DNA of 63,194 bases, the filler included, from Octopus bimaculoides (Eukaryota): assembly GCF_001194135.2 (NCBI RefSeq). It is 7 parts of 5 records of this genome, joined end to end, with 100 filler letters (N's around TTAATTAATTAA, not from the genome) between each part and the next. Parts side by side here need not be neighbours in the genome. Positions count along the whole stretch, not along the records: positions 1 to 31,552 come from NC_068996.1; 6 more parts are not named here. The stretch is one strand, 5' to 3'. Shown piece after piece: positions 12,793 through 26,103 of the stretch (positions within the stretch are counted from its first letter, which is position 1; every line of letters starts with the position of its first letter). Under the pieces are notes generated by a model, which was not told where the DNA came from, did not search any database, and saw only the letters and a list, made by a program, of their open reading frames with translations. A program made the translations under genes and the position numbers.

Positions 12793-13989
12793 GTTCCCTC
12801 TCTTACTCTCGTTCCCTCTCACTCTTCCTTTCTCTCATTCTCACTCTCCCTCCGAGTAGGGTGACCATCTATCTCCTCTACAGCAAGATACTTGTTTTTG
12901 CCCCTCAATCATAGTTTAACCTCTCATCACTGAGTACAAAGCCACCACCCTCAATATTACTTGCCTTCTCAGGTGAGATTTTTTTTTCTTCAAGTTATGT
13001 GGTGACCTTGCCAGTGCTAGTGCCTCATAAAAAGCACCTAGTCTATTCTGTAAAGTGGTTGGCGTTAGGAAGAACATTCAGCTTTAAAACCATGCTAATG
13101 TAGACCTCACTGGTGCTGGTACCACATAAAAAGCACCCAATCTACTCTGTATAACAGTTGGCATTACGAAGGGCATCCAGCTGTAAAAACCATGCTAAAA
13201 CCATGCTCAGGCTTACCAGTCCCTGGTGGGGTGCACAAGACATCACTGCCCCCTAACTATTCAATGGTGCACCTTCAGATTTACAGTGATGCACTTATTT
13301 TGAAACTCCACTTTAGTTTTATTACAAATTAGTGCCCAACCAGAATATTCTGAAGCATCCCTGCAAGCACCAGAGTCTGACTACAGGCCTGCTGTCAAAC
13401 CATCCAACCTATGCTAGCATGAAAGATGGACATTAAAATGATGATGATATATGTAAGGCTGGCTTTTTTTAGTTCCTGTCTACCAAATCAATTCACAAGG
13501 CTTTGGTCAACCGTGGGCTATAGTTGAAGACACCTGCCCAAGGTGCTAAGCAGTGGGACTGAATCTGCAATTACATGGTTAGGAAGCAAATTTCTTGAAC
13601 ACAGGGGATTTTGACTACTTTTTCTAGCACATCAAGTGACCACTTGGAGGCCCTCCATCCTTATTGGCTTCATAGAGTGAGATGTATTTAAAGAGCCTGA
13701 GTGTTGATGAGATATTGTGATGTTGGTCATCATTGTTTGATGTCCATCTTCCATGATGTCATGAATTAGACAGTTTGGGATCTGATGAGCCAGTGGATAA
13801 TGTGGACATAAAATCAAATTTAGTCAAGAAGATGTTTGACATTGTGTCAGATCAGACTTTTAAAATCAACTTAAAATGGCATATAAGCAATCAACTGCTG
13901 AAATATTTTAGGATGTTCTGTATTATAAATATTTATATATCATCCTGCGTCATTTGTATTATTTTTTTTTTTCTTTTCTGCACACACAG

Positions 13990-14084
13990 GTGTTAATATA
14001 TCCATTGATAGATTTGACTTGCAAAAATGAATCGCACAAAACATATGCAAATGGACCGGTTATAAGTCAAAAAGATATGAAGTT
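13990..14084 (+). CDS. Internal exon (phase 0 to 2) of the HSL-family carboxylesterase; absent from the ORF track
   Basis: acacAG|GTGTTAATATATCCA...ATGAAGTT|GTgagt. Encodes VLIYPLIDLTCKNESHKTYANGPVISQKDMK, continuing FQ|VLIYP as expected for the family. The phases match both neighbours. Confidence 0.9.
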
Positions 14085-15853
14085 GTGAGTAGTTTTTGGT
14101 GATGTTTCTTTTTCCTTCAGTTGAGTTTGCTATCGTTTTACTGATTGTAGTATAGTTGTTTAGTCCAAAACCATGTACTAAATATACTAAATCCAGTGTT
14201 GTTTTATCTAAAAAATATAAATCTTCATAAATCAACTTATGGTCATCTAAGATATCAAGGATTATGTGTGTAAATTATAATGATATTCATAGTTTTTCTA
14301 TTAAACATCAAATGTGAAACTAAAAGAAGCTAATTCTGCAACTCTGTCTTTCATGACAATCAGAAAATATTGTTTTAACCCTTTAACATTTAAACCAGCC
14401 GTATCCAGCCTAAATATTCTGTTTAATGTTCAAACTGGCCAGATCAGGCCTCTCACACCTACCTACAATGTCATTTTAAAAATAAACAATCCCATCATCA
14501 AAATTTCAAAGCTATGCGATAAGACATTTAAAACCTTGTGAATAAATTAGTATTACATTTGAGAGAGTAATCTGAATGCTAAAGGATTAAATCCATTTAT
14601 AACACATTTGATAATGATATCCTTAATAAATCTTGTGTAATATTGATCTTACAACAATTATTTTTCTAAGTTACAGTTTATTTTTCTTCATCGTTGTATC
14701 TTCTTTTCTCTATGAAGCATTAACTATAAAGCTAAACAAGCTAGCTATGTATTTCACGACAATCAAAAATGTTGATTTAAATACATTGTTTTACAAATTT
14801 TATATTAAAATCCTTCATAAGTAATGTGTAATATTGGTTTCACATATTTTTGTTGGCACAAATGTGCACCCATTTAAATTTTCTTTTAGATTATAACCCT
14901 AATCCTAATCTTGTTGATTATTGATTCAATACATACAATTTCTGATTTCACAAAGGAAATTCAGCCTTTGTTATGTCATATAAATCCAATGGATTATCAG
15001 AAATTTGATTATAAGAGCCTTACATTGTAGGAAATGTTAGTTTTTAGCTGTTGTTATCTTATGAATTTTGCTGATGTAGTGTTGTGATTTTTATTGTTTG
15101 ACAATAATGAATAATGAGGGTATATTTGTATTTGTATTAGGTGTATAGTGGTTGTAGTTGCTGCCAACTGCTTGACTAGATAACTTGTAACCAAATTGTA
15201 GGTTGTTTTTTATTCATATAGAACAGTAGTAATCAGTTAGTACTACATTTTTATTCCTAATTCTCCTTTTGGTTGGAACACATTATTTCTGTACATCAAA
15301 CTTTCATCATTCATAAAAGTTAGACTATTCTGTCTTCTTATCTCTAACATAGACATTGAGAGCTATTTTATCTCATAGGGTCATATCTTTTTTTAAGGGT
15401 AAATTTCTTTCATGACCATATTTCTTTTGAAATATACTGCCTTAGTTTCAATTAATCTTGAAAGTAATGAAAAATTTAGTAAAATAACTTTCATTGTTAT
15501 GCTAATGTTTGGGATCATAAATTAACGTGAAATTTTGATGAAAGGTAATTTAGCTCACTTTATCCTTTTTGTTAAACTTAACCTTTCCTTTGAAATACAC
15601 TGCCTTTGCTTCAATTAGTTTTGAAAATAATGAAGAATTGAGTAAAATAACAGTTGTTATTAAGCTAGTGTTTGGAAAGTAAGTTAGCTTGAAATATTGA
15701 GGAAAAGTTTTAATTTAGACCACTTTAATACTTGATGTTTGTATCAAAGAACCAGGAGTAGTCTCGGATGGTTTGGCATCAAAAGGGTTAAAGAAATTTG
15801 GTTGCTAATTCCAGCTGGTCAAATGACACCATGCCATTGAAATGTTTGTTACG

Positions 15854-18800
15854 TCATCATCATCATTGTCGTCGTTTAACGTCTGCTTTCCATGCTAGCA
15901 TGGGTTGGACGATTTGACTGAGGACTGGCAAGCCAGAAGGCTGCATCAGGCTCCAATCTGATCTGGAAGAGTTTCTACAGCTGGATGTCCTTCCTAATTC
16001 CAACCACTCTGAGAGTGTAGTGGGTGCTTTTACGTGCCACCGGCACGAAGGCCAGTCAGGTGGTACTGGCAACAGCCACGCTCAAAAAGGTGTTTTTTAC
16101 GTGCCACCAGCACAAGTGGTAAAAGGCAATGCTGGTAACGATTACGCTCAGATGGTGCTATTTACGAGCCACTAGCATGGAAGCCAGACAGCTGCTCTGG
16201 CAGTCATCGTGTATGGTTCAATTACGATTTCACTTGCCTCAACAGGTCTTCGCAAGCAGGGATTTTAGTGTCCAATGAAGTAAAGATACGGATTAGTGAG
16301 CTGGCTACACTTCTGGCAGAGATCACGCTCTCACTTACCTTGCTGGGTCTTCTCACGTACTGCATATTTCGAAAGGTCATTGCCTCGGTGTGGCCTAAAG
16401 TTCGAAGGTTGTGCTTCACCACATCATCCCAGGTCTTCCTGGGTTTACCTCTTTCAGATGTTCCCTCAACTTCTAGGGTGTGGCACTTTTTCACACAGCT
16501 ATCCTCATCCATTCTTGCCACATGTCCATACCAGTGCAATCGTCTCTCTTGCACACCACAACTGATGCTTCTGAGGTCCAACTTTTCTCTCAAGGTACTG
16601 ACACTCTGTTGAGTATGCACACTTACATTACACATCCATCGGAGCATAATGGCTTCGTTTCTTGCAAGCTTACGCATGTCCTCAGCTGTCACGGCCCATG
16701 TTTCATTGCCATGAAGCATGGCTGTTCATACACATGCATCATACAGTCTGCCTTTTACTCTGAGTGAGAGGCCCTTTGTCACCAGCAGAAGTAAGAGCTC
16801 TCTGAACTTTGCCTAGGCTATTCTTATTCTAGCAGCTACACTTTCAGTGCACCCTCCCCCCGCTACAAACTTGGTCACCTAGGTAGCAGAAGCTATCAAC
16901 TACTTTTAGTTTTTCACCTTGGAGTGTGGTAAAGGTTGCTTTCTGCACATTTTTAGTATTTATTGCTCCTGAGCATCTGCCACATACAAAAACTATCTTG
17001 CTAGTTAGCCGTCCTTTGATATTGCTGCACCTCTTGTGTGTCCATAGCTTACACTGGGTACATCTTATAGAGTTTCTACCTACACCTTTTCTACAGATCG
17101 AGCAGGGTCATCTACCTGAAGGGGTTTGTGTTATGTCTACCTTCCTACTTATTAGGACTTTGGTTTTAGTAGGTTGACTCTAAAGCCCTTCGATTTTAGT
17201 CCTTGCTTCCACACCTGAAACTTCTCCTCTAGTTCTGATAGTGACTCAGCAATTAGGGCAAGGGCATCAGCATAGAGGAGCTCCCAGAGGCATCCCATCT
17301 TGAATTCCTGTGTTATTGCCTGGAGGACTATGATAAATAGGAGGGGGCTGAGGTTTGAACCTTGGTGGACCCCTACCTCTACCCGGAATTCTTCACTGTA
17401 TTTGTTGTCAACCCTCACCTTACTGACAGCGTCCCTGTACATGGCTTGCACAGCTCTCACTAACCACTCCTCTATCCCTAGTTTCCTCATTGACCACCAG
17501 ATAAGGGAGCGGGGTACCCTGTCAAAGGCTTTCTCCATGTCAATGAAAGCCAGGTACAGAGGTTTATCTTTGGCTAGGTATTTCTCCTGCGGCTGTCTTA
17601 CCAGAAATATAGCATCAGTGGTGCTTTTTCCTGGAATGAACCCAAACTGCATCTCATCTAAACTGACTCTCTCCCTAATTTGTTGGGCTATGACCCTCTC
17701 TGTGACCTTCATTACCTGGTCCAACAACTTGATACCTCTGTAATTGTTTGTGTCTAGGGCGTCACCTTTACCTTTGTAGCAGTTGACTATGGTGCTGCTA
17801 CACCAGTCATTGGGTATGACTCCTTCGTGTATCACCTGATTAACTATATGGGTCATTAGGCTATAACCAACACTGCCAGATATTTTAAGCATCTCTGCAG
17901 TGATTCCTGATGGGCCGGGGGCTTTTCGTGTCTTCATACTCTTGATCGCTTTATCTACTAAGGTACTGTCAATTAGGATAGCTGGTCCCTCTGTTGCGTC
18001 GACATGCGGCAGACTCTCTTCCTCCCATACATTCTCTTTATTGATGAATCTTTTGTAGTGGCGTCTCCAAACCTCTCTCTTTGCAACCTCGTTTAGTGCA
18101 AGTGAGCCATCATCCAAGCGGGCACATTTCTCACCTACGACATCACGATTCTCTCTCACACACTGTCTTGCAACATGAAATACTTCAAGTCTTTGGTCCT
18201 CACGGCGCAGAACATTGGCAAATTTTTTCTTATCTGCTTCCCCTCTGGCTAAGTAAACCTGTCTCCTAGCTTCCCTTCTTGCAGTTTGATACAATTCCCT
18301 GCTACCTCCGTTCTTCCAGTCTTTCCAAGCCTGTTTCTTTTGTCTAATAGCCCTGTCAACCACATTGTTCCACCATCACGTTACTTTGGGTCGAGAGGGG
18401 ACTTTACACCAGCCACAGATCTGGTCGGTGGCTCTCAGCAGGTTGTCCCGTAGAAACCTCCAGTTGTCTTCCACGTTGTATGATGCTATATCCCCTTCTA
18501 TTTCATCAAATGCTTCAAGTAGTATGTCCCTAAATCTCTGTCCATTTGCAGGGTCTTTAAGCATCCACACCCTTCTCCTCCAAGCCGGTCTACTTCTGGG
18601 CACCCATTTTGCCTTGATCCCAAAGTCACTAACTACTAATCTGTGTTGAGGAGTACATTCTTCGCCAGGGAAGGTTTTGGCATTTATAAGCTGCCTTCTT
18701 ACCCTATTTCTGGCGAGGATGTAGTCGATTTGGCTAGAGTGTCTGCCGGAACGGTAGCTGACTAGGTGACTGGCAGGTTTCCTGAAGTTGGTATTGCAGA

Positions 18801-19490
18801 CCATAAGATCGTTTGCATCACAGAACTCCAGCAGTCTGGTTCCCTCCTCATTGCGGGAACCGAAGCCATAGCCTCCATGTATGCCATGGAAGCCTCCAGC
18901 ACGACGTCCGACATGACCATTGAAGTCACCAGCCACAAAGACAAGGTCCCTGTCACTTGTCGACGAGGTAGTTTGCAAGAGGGTGTCATAGAATTGGTCT
19001 TTCTGCCCATCCGGTAGCCCCGGNNNNNNNNNNAGTATTCCTACGCCCCCGACCCTGTCAGTGTTCCCTGCCCAGAAAATCTTGTACCTATGTTCTTTGC
19101 CTGTGAGGAACCTCGCAGAACCTCCTCTCCACCTTACTTCTTGGATGCAGCACAAACCTACGCGTCTCCGTTTAAGCATCTCAACAATCTCACCAGATCT
19201 ACCTTTCAGTGTGCCAACATTGAGAGTGCCAATTCTGACGGTGTGGGAGGTGTGGGCCTGTGAGACCCTGGGATGGGGGAAAGCAGTGTCGTGTACCTGA
19301 AAAGAAAGCTTGCATTTGGCAGAATTCATAAACAAAACAATGCCTACAACCTGCATACACAACACAACCTGCAGGTGTCCTGATATATATCTAGAACTCT
19401 CAAAGGAAGTCTTGTGCAACCTCATAGAAATCATGAGATTAGAGGTGAATGAACTGACAGCCATAAAAGGGCAATGACACTATGCACGGG
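15854..19490 (-). mobile_element. Near-full-length RTE-clade LINE (APE endonuclease, RT, PHD-like finger, 3' UTR, (GAT)n tail), antisense in an intron of the esterase gene; inactivated
   Basis: EN: RIGTLNVGTL...CIQEVRW...AGDFNGHVG...QIDYIL. RT: YRGIKLLDQ...FIDMEKAFDRV...GVHQGS.LSPLLF...LLYADAL. Lesions include TGG>TGA near 18376, a 1-nt deletion near 17170 and further stops. The tail is CATCATCAT at about 15854. Confidence 0.96.
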
Positions 19491-21497
19491 GGGNNNNNNN
19501 NNNNNNNNNNNNNNNNNNNNNGGGGGGGGGGGGACTGTACAGTGTGGCACTCGGAATTGAGCTGTGTAACTTACAGTTATGAACATTCAACATATTTTCT
19601 TAAGTGTGAAACACAACACTTAGTAATCTCTCTCTTGTTTGCTTTCTCCCTCCTCCCGCTCTTTCTTTCAGCCAAATTTTTATTGCCTTTTTATATTACA
19701 TATATAACACTACTTATATGGTACATATATTAATACAAAACTACATTAAAATATGAAAAACCAAAGAAAACCTAAAGAAAGAAAAACAATAAAGAGAAAC
19801 AACAGCTCCCAATGTTGGTGCTGATTCAAGCTTCCTCATTGTAAAATGAGTGAGAAACAAATCTTGACCCTAGACCAGTGGGTTCTGTTACGTCCATCCA
19901 GAGGATGTTGAGATTGCTTACTAATTGAAGAAATAATTAAAAAATGAAACAAGTTTATTTTTACAACTGTTTAAAATTTCTTCTATTGTTATTCTTCTAA
20001 ATTTTCATCTAACCCAGTTTAGCTGAAGTTAAATAACTGAATCTCCAGAAGTCTCTAGATATTTCACACCTTGTTCTTTTAATTCATCATGCCACCAGTT
20101 TTTATTAGTTAAAATTCTATATATCTCTGTCATCTCAGGTGTTTTCATTCTATGCTTCTGATGAAAGTACACCCTGATAGACTGTCTTCACCTTCCTGTC
20201 TGTCTCCCACCAACTGGGGTAGCCATGTATCTTCTCTATTTCAAGACACCTGTTTTTGTCCCTAATGTAACTTCTCATCACCTGGCACAAACCCACCTCC
20301 CTCAATACTGTTCCCCACTCAGTTCAGCAGGGGTCTTGTGTTATTTACTTGGTAACCCTGCTAATGCCACATAAAGAGCCCAGTCCACTCTGTAAAATTA
20401 TTGGTGTTAGGAAGGGCAACCAGTCATTCGTACCAATTTTTGGTATGAATTGATACCAAACAAGTTGGACAGGAATGGTAATTGAGGAGGAAGAGGTGGT
20501 AATAACGATGATCAGTAGAAAAATTCTAAGGTAATAATAATCTCTTGAAAGTTGTCAAAACCTGGAGAAAAAAAGCAAAGAAAGCATGTACTTAAAATTT
20601 TAGTGGAACAATTGAAGGGAGACAACTACACATATCGTGCATTCATACTAATATACACATGAATTTCACTCCTAATTATAACGTCTGGAAGTAACTAAAT
20701 TTTAGGGTTAAAATGACTGACAACTACTTCCGTATTTTAATTTTATAATTCACTATGTTAATAAATAGTTGAGCGAACTATTCGTGTGTGTGTGTGTGTA
20801 CGTACGAATTCTGTCTCTTAGATTCATTGATACATATTTTTATTGAAAACAAGGTTATAATGACCCATTTCTTTTTTGTGAAAAATGTACCAATTGCCTA
20901 CATCAGTTTTATGCATTTCATTCTGCATCCCTTTTTAACAATATAAAATGTATTTTGGAGGAACTATGCTTCATCCTTCAAGAACCCCTAAAAATAACGT
21001 GACCAAAAAAAGAATCACTGGGAGAATGCAATTGACTATTCATTTTTTTTTTTCTGTTTCCTTTTAGATGTTAAATTTTTGGATATTAAAGAAAATATCT
21101 TTTTCAAATACTTGTAATATANNNNNNNNNNNNNNNNNNNNNNNNNNNNNNNNNNNNNNNNNNNNNNNNNNNNNNNNNNNNNNNNNNNNNNNNNNNNNNN
21201 CATTATAGGAACTGTGTTGTCATTGTCAGTTAAATAATTGATTTATCATATTATATTTAATTTCTATGACCATTATTTAAATGAAACGACAGTTTTTACT
21301 TTTGCATTCTTATTTTCACTGCCAAAATTGTAATTTTTTTTCTTTAACCTCATTTCTTGTTATTGGGTGAGTGGGAGTGGGGACTGTGTGGTAAGAAGTT
21401 TGCTTCATAGCCACATGGTTTCAAGTCCCACTGTGTGATGCCTTGAACAAATGTCTTCTACTATAGCCAAGGGCTGACCAAAGCCTAATGAATGGAA

Positions 21498-21673
21498 CAG
21501 GGGTTGGACAAAATAATGGAAACACCTTAAAATTTCAAACAAATTTAATTTAATATGGGATAGGACCACCTTTGGCAGTAATTACAGCTTGAAGTCAATG
21601 AGGTATGAACTCGTACAAAGTTTGAATTGTTTCCAAAGGAATTTTTGTCCATTCTTCAGCTAAAACAGTCTCC
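21498..21673 (-). mobile_element. Tc1-family transposon 3' end (TIR plus transposase C-terminus)
   Basis: TIR-like CAGGGGTTGGACAAAATAATGGAAACACC. The minus strand encodes ETVLAEEWTKIPLETIQTLYEFIPH*LQAVITAKGGPIPY*, the canonical Tc1 C-terminus. Confidence 0.85.
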
Positions 21674-21754
21674 GATGATTGAAGGGTGCTTTTAAATGGG
21701 CCAAATATGCGACACTGGCTTTGGCCACGACTGTCTCATTTAGTTTGCCAGGTC

Positions 21755-22240
21755 TTCTTAAGCACAGCGTATCTCCAAAGGTCTTGGTTGCTTGTCATTG
21801 CCTCTGTGAAGCCCAACATTTGAAGATCTTGCTTCACCACCTCATCCCATGTCTTCCACAGTTTCCCTCCACTGTTGGAGTGTGACACTTCTTCACACAG
21901 CTGTCCTCATCCATGCACAGCGCATTACCATACCAGCAGTCGTTTCTTTTGCATACAACATCTGATGCTTCTTATCTCCAACTTTTCTCTCAGAGTGCTT
22001 ACACTCTGTCATGTATGCACACTGACATTACACATCCAGCAGAGCATACTAGCTTCATTTCTTTCAAGCCTACGCATGACCTCAGCAGTCACATGTTTCG
22101 CTGACATGTAGCATGACTATTCTCACACAGGTATCTTACAGCCTACCTTTCACCTTGAGCGTGAGGTCTTTTGTTACCAGCAGAGGTAAGAGGTCTCTGA
22201 ACTTTGCCCAGGCTATTCTTATTCTAGCACCTACGCTCTC
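21755..22240 (-). mobile_element. RTE LINE C-terminal fragment
   Basis: Homologous to 16400-16830 (LWMCNVSVH..., RGKLWKTWDEVVK). Confidence 0.85.
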
Positions 22241-22578
22241 GTGTATCAAATTTCATTTGCAATGCATTAGCTGATCTGAAGCTATTATAGAAGATACTTG
22301 TGAAAAATGTCATACAGTGCAATCAAAACCAACTTTTAAACTACATAATCATGCTTGTATCTTGTGTCTGAATATAATTATATTCACAAATTATCTGTAG
22401 ATGTTTTGTTGAAATAATTGTTTAAGCGGAGAGCAGCTGTCTTCCAAATTCTCTTCCAATTCAACCTTTTAGCATTCAGATAACTCTGTCAAATGTAATG
22501 CCTATTCATTTACGCTGTTTTTAAATTAGTTATGCATTATCTTATAGCTTCAAGATTTTGATAATATGATCATTTAAG

Positions 22579-22805
22579 GGCGGCGAGCTGGCGGAATTGT
22601 TAGCACGCCAGGCAAAATGCTTAGCGGTATTTCATTTGCTGTTACTTCTGAATTCAAATTTTGCCGAGGTCGACTTTGCCTTTCATCCTTTCGGGGTCGA
22701 TTAAATAAGTATCAGTTATGCACTGGAGTTGATGTACTCGACTTAATCCCTTTGTCTATCCTTATTTGTCCACTCTATGTTTAGCCCCCTGTGGGCAATA
22801 AAGAA
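22579..22805 (+). mobile_element. tRNA-derived SINE (GGCGGCGAGCTGGC... family); other copies near 4395, 6731, 28365, 33830-34051 (-) and 48540-48740 (-)
   Basis: Recurrent head GGCGGCGAGCTGGCGGAATTGTTAGCACGCC and core GTCGACTTTGCCTTTCATCCTTTCGGGGTCGA. Confidence 0.8.
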
Positions 22806-23313
22806 ATAAATATGATCATTTATTTTTACAATAACATTGTATGGTAGAGGTGTGAGTCTGGATCTGGCTGGTTTGAAACATAATTGGTAGAATATTTGGG
22901 CTGGATATCATCAGCATCATTTAGTGTCTGTTTTCCATGCTGGCATGAGTTAGGCACCTTGACTAGAGATGGTAAGCTGGAGAGCTGCACCAAGATCTAA
23001 TCTGTTTTGGCTTGGTTTCTATGGCTGGATGCCTTTCTTAATGGCAACCACTCCAAGATTGTAATGTGTGCCTTTTATGTGTCACCAGCACAGGTGCCAT
23101 TCACACATCACTGGCACTGGTCATAGTGAGTTTAAATGCTAAAGAGTTAAAGGTGAAACAACTTGCATTAATAGTGTGTTTAGTAAAGCAAGCATGTCAA
23201 GAATTTCTTAATTCCTTATTTTTTTAAGAAAGATACATAGCATGTGTTCCTATTTTAAGAAACCAACATGAAATGTTCCTATGAAATTTATATTTCTTTT
23301 TCTTTGTTTCTAG

Positions 23314-23453
23314 TTTCCTTGACAATTTTCTCAACAAGGATGAAGAAAAGATGAATGCTAGAGGCTCACCAATTTACAGGAAATCCTTTCAAGATATTCC
23401 TCCGGCCATGTTTATTGTTGCTGAAATTGATCCACTTAAAGATGATTCACATG
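23314..23453 (+). CDS. Internal exon (phase 2 to 1) of the HSL-family carboxylesterase; catalytic acid loop
   Basis: tttgtttctAG|TTTCCTT...TCACATG|GTaaat. Encodes FLDNFLNKDEEKMNARGSPIYRKSFQDIPPAMFIVAEIDPLKDDSH, matching SP....LPPA..IVAE.DPL.DD. Confidence 0.93.
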
Positions 23454-23547
23454 GTAAATTAATTTTTATATCTGTCATTCTCTCTCACACATAATTTCAA
23501 GCCTTGTAGGTTACTGGTTAATTTTAGTAAATTTTTTGGATCTTTAT

Positions 23548-25461
23548 CTTTTGGCCGGCAGATTGAAAAATTAATTTTTTGTAACTAAACACTTTCAAAC
23601 TTTGTATACTGGTAAAATGTGTCACGTAAAATATCTTTTACTCTTGGCATTGTTGAGAAAATTCTGTATTTTCGAAGTTATTTCATGTTAAAGTTGTATT
23701 TCGGTAATTTCAACCAATCAGTGATGTCTATTAAGGTGAAAACAATTACTGCTGTCACCAACCACAGAGAGAGGGTTCCTGTCATTCGTCGATGAGGTAG
23801 TCTGCAAGAGGGTGTCATAAAATCGGTCTTTCTGGTTCATCAGGTAGCCCTGGCTGAGGAGCATAGGCCGAGATAATGGTTGCTAACCCATGATGCAGCA
23901 CTAATCTAATGACTACCTCGATTACCTTATCAACCAATTTCTCTGCAAGAAGTATACCCATGCCCCCAACCCCGTCAGGGTTCCCTGCCCAGAAAATCTT
24001 ATGCATATGTTCTTTGCCTGTGAGGAACCTCCTCCTCTCCACCTTAATTCTTGGATGCAGCTCCATTCAAGCATCTCAACAATCTCACCAGACCTACCTC
24101 TCAGTGTGTCCACATTGAGTTTGCCAACCCTGTGGGTATGGGAGGTGTGGGTCTGTGAGACCATGGGATGGGGGACAGCAGCATCATGTACCTGAAAAGA
24201 AAGCTCACATTTAGCAATATTCATAAACAACATCCTTCAACCTGCATACACTACACCATCATTTTTATGTGCTTCATGATCACTACCTTACATAGGAGAT
24301 AAACCCTAAGTAGGGGTGGGGATGGCATTAAGCCTTTAGAAGTGTTCATGGGAGACATCCGATATCTGTATATAAATGGGTGGGCTTCTATAACAGCAGT
24401 TAGCAAATAGTGTATTTGTATGTTTTCTTCCATTATTAGTGAATGTAGAGGGAGGGTGAATTGATGGTCATACTGGTGTAAGTTGTGTGACCAATTGGTG
24501 AAGACTGAGTGCATATAATCTCAAAACACTTTGCTAAATGAGAGTGCCTCTCTCTATGTGATTGTTTGGTGCCTTAGAAATAGCAACTAAATTTGTCCAT
24601 CAAATTACACTGTGCATCTTAAAAAGAAGGAGAAGACATAGAAGATAATGTAGTCCTCGATATATGATACTACCTGACAAAAACATAGGATGGTCACAAT
24701 TTGAATGCTTTTTAAGGTAACACCTTTTCACCTATAAACACTGTTTGGCAGTTGATTCACTCACCTCGCTTTCAGTTAGAAGATAACCTCTGACAGTCAA
24801 GCAGACAGCTTTGATCTATTGCACTGATGAAACATTTTTCAACTATGAAAAGTTGGTTTTAACTGCTATTTTGCACAGGCTGAAATTCCCTTGCCCATGT
24901 TTCTTCTTCTGCAGCCATCTACATATTATTCAAGATCAGCTACGTCAATCTTACCAGTTTTGAAGTCACAGCTCTTGCCTTTTGTCTCAGAAGGAATGCA
25001 AAAGCCAAGGATACAGCGCCCTGTATCCAGCCAAATTGTTCAAATAAAACAGGAAAAAAAACAAACCAAACACCCGCTACTATGCCTGTGAATTAATAAA
25101 CTGTATACTATAGCAAACTGAGCCCACATAATCCTCTTTAACATGTCTCACAGCTCAAATTAAATTATACACGTGTATCTCAAATGAAATATGTCAGAAA
25201 TAACAGCAACAAACGAAATATACACAGCTGGAAGTTGTTGTTGACAAACAATAGCAGTAATTGTTTTCACCTCAATAGCCGTCATTGATTGGTTGAAATT
25301 ACCGAAATACAACAACTTTAACACAAAATAAGTTCAAAAATACAGAATTTTCTCAACAATGCCAAGAGTAAAAGATGTTTTATGTGATACATTCTACCAA
25401 TATACGAAGTTTGAAAATGTTTAGTTACAAAAAATTAATTTTTCAATCTGTCAGCCAAAAG
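23548..25461. repeat. Inverted pair of a dispersed non-autonomous element: 23548-23753 (+) and 25253-25461 (-); the right copy extends further left
   Basis: About 205 bp reverse-complement match at roughly 88-90% by eye. Confidence 0.85.
23762..24255 (-). mobile_element. RTE LINE 5'/endonuclease fragment with internal deletions
   Basis: MNIAKCELSFQVHDAAVPHP...RVGKLNVDTLRGRSGEIVEML, homologous to 18940-19360. Confidence 0.9.
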
Positions 25462-26068
25462 GTGATCACTATTACTCGTTAATCAAGTTTGTTGATGAAA
25501 AACAAACTTCTATATTTACATGCTAAACTATTTCACAATAGAATAGATTTATTCAAAAGTATTTTCAAAAAAAGAAATAAAAACATTCAGTGACTTCTAC
25601 TAGTAAATTGGAAGACTCAGTTGAGCATCAGACTTAATGTGTTTGACCATTCTCATGAAAGTTAAATCAAAACAAGTTTTCTGAAATTTTTAGAATGGCC
25701 AAAAAAATCACTACATGCCTGTAAGGGGTATTTTGAAAAGGTTCATTTTCAACCAGATATTGATATTGGGACAATTTCTTAGATATACACTACTTAGAAG
25801 ATACAGAAAATATTTGTATGTCTGACCTATGCATGGACATTAAAATAATGGTGGAGCAGCAGCAGCATCTCTGTGGCCAGGAAAAGAAGGTTCTGCCTGA
25901 CTGGGTAGTTTCAATGCAGTGTTGGTAATTTTTTAGCAAATGAGATCAATCTTGACTCAAAATCTAGATATATTATGTAGTATAAGTTAGGGAAGGAAAT
26001 GAAGCACTGTTAAGGCTCCAGTAATATTTATATAACCTGTAATAACATAACTTTGTATACTTATAATG

Positions 26069-26103
<35 letters not shown>

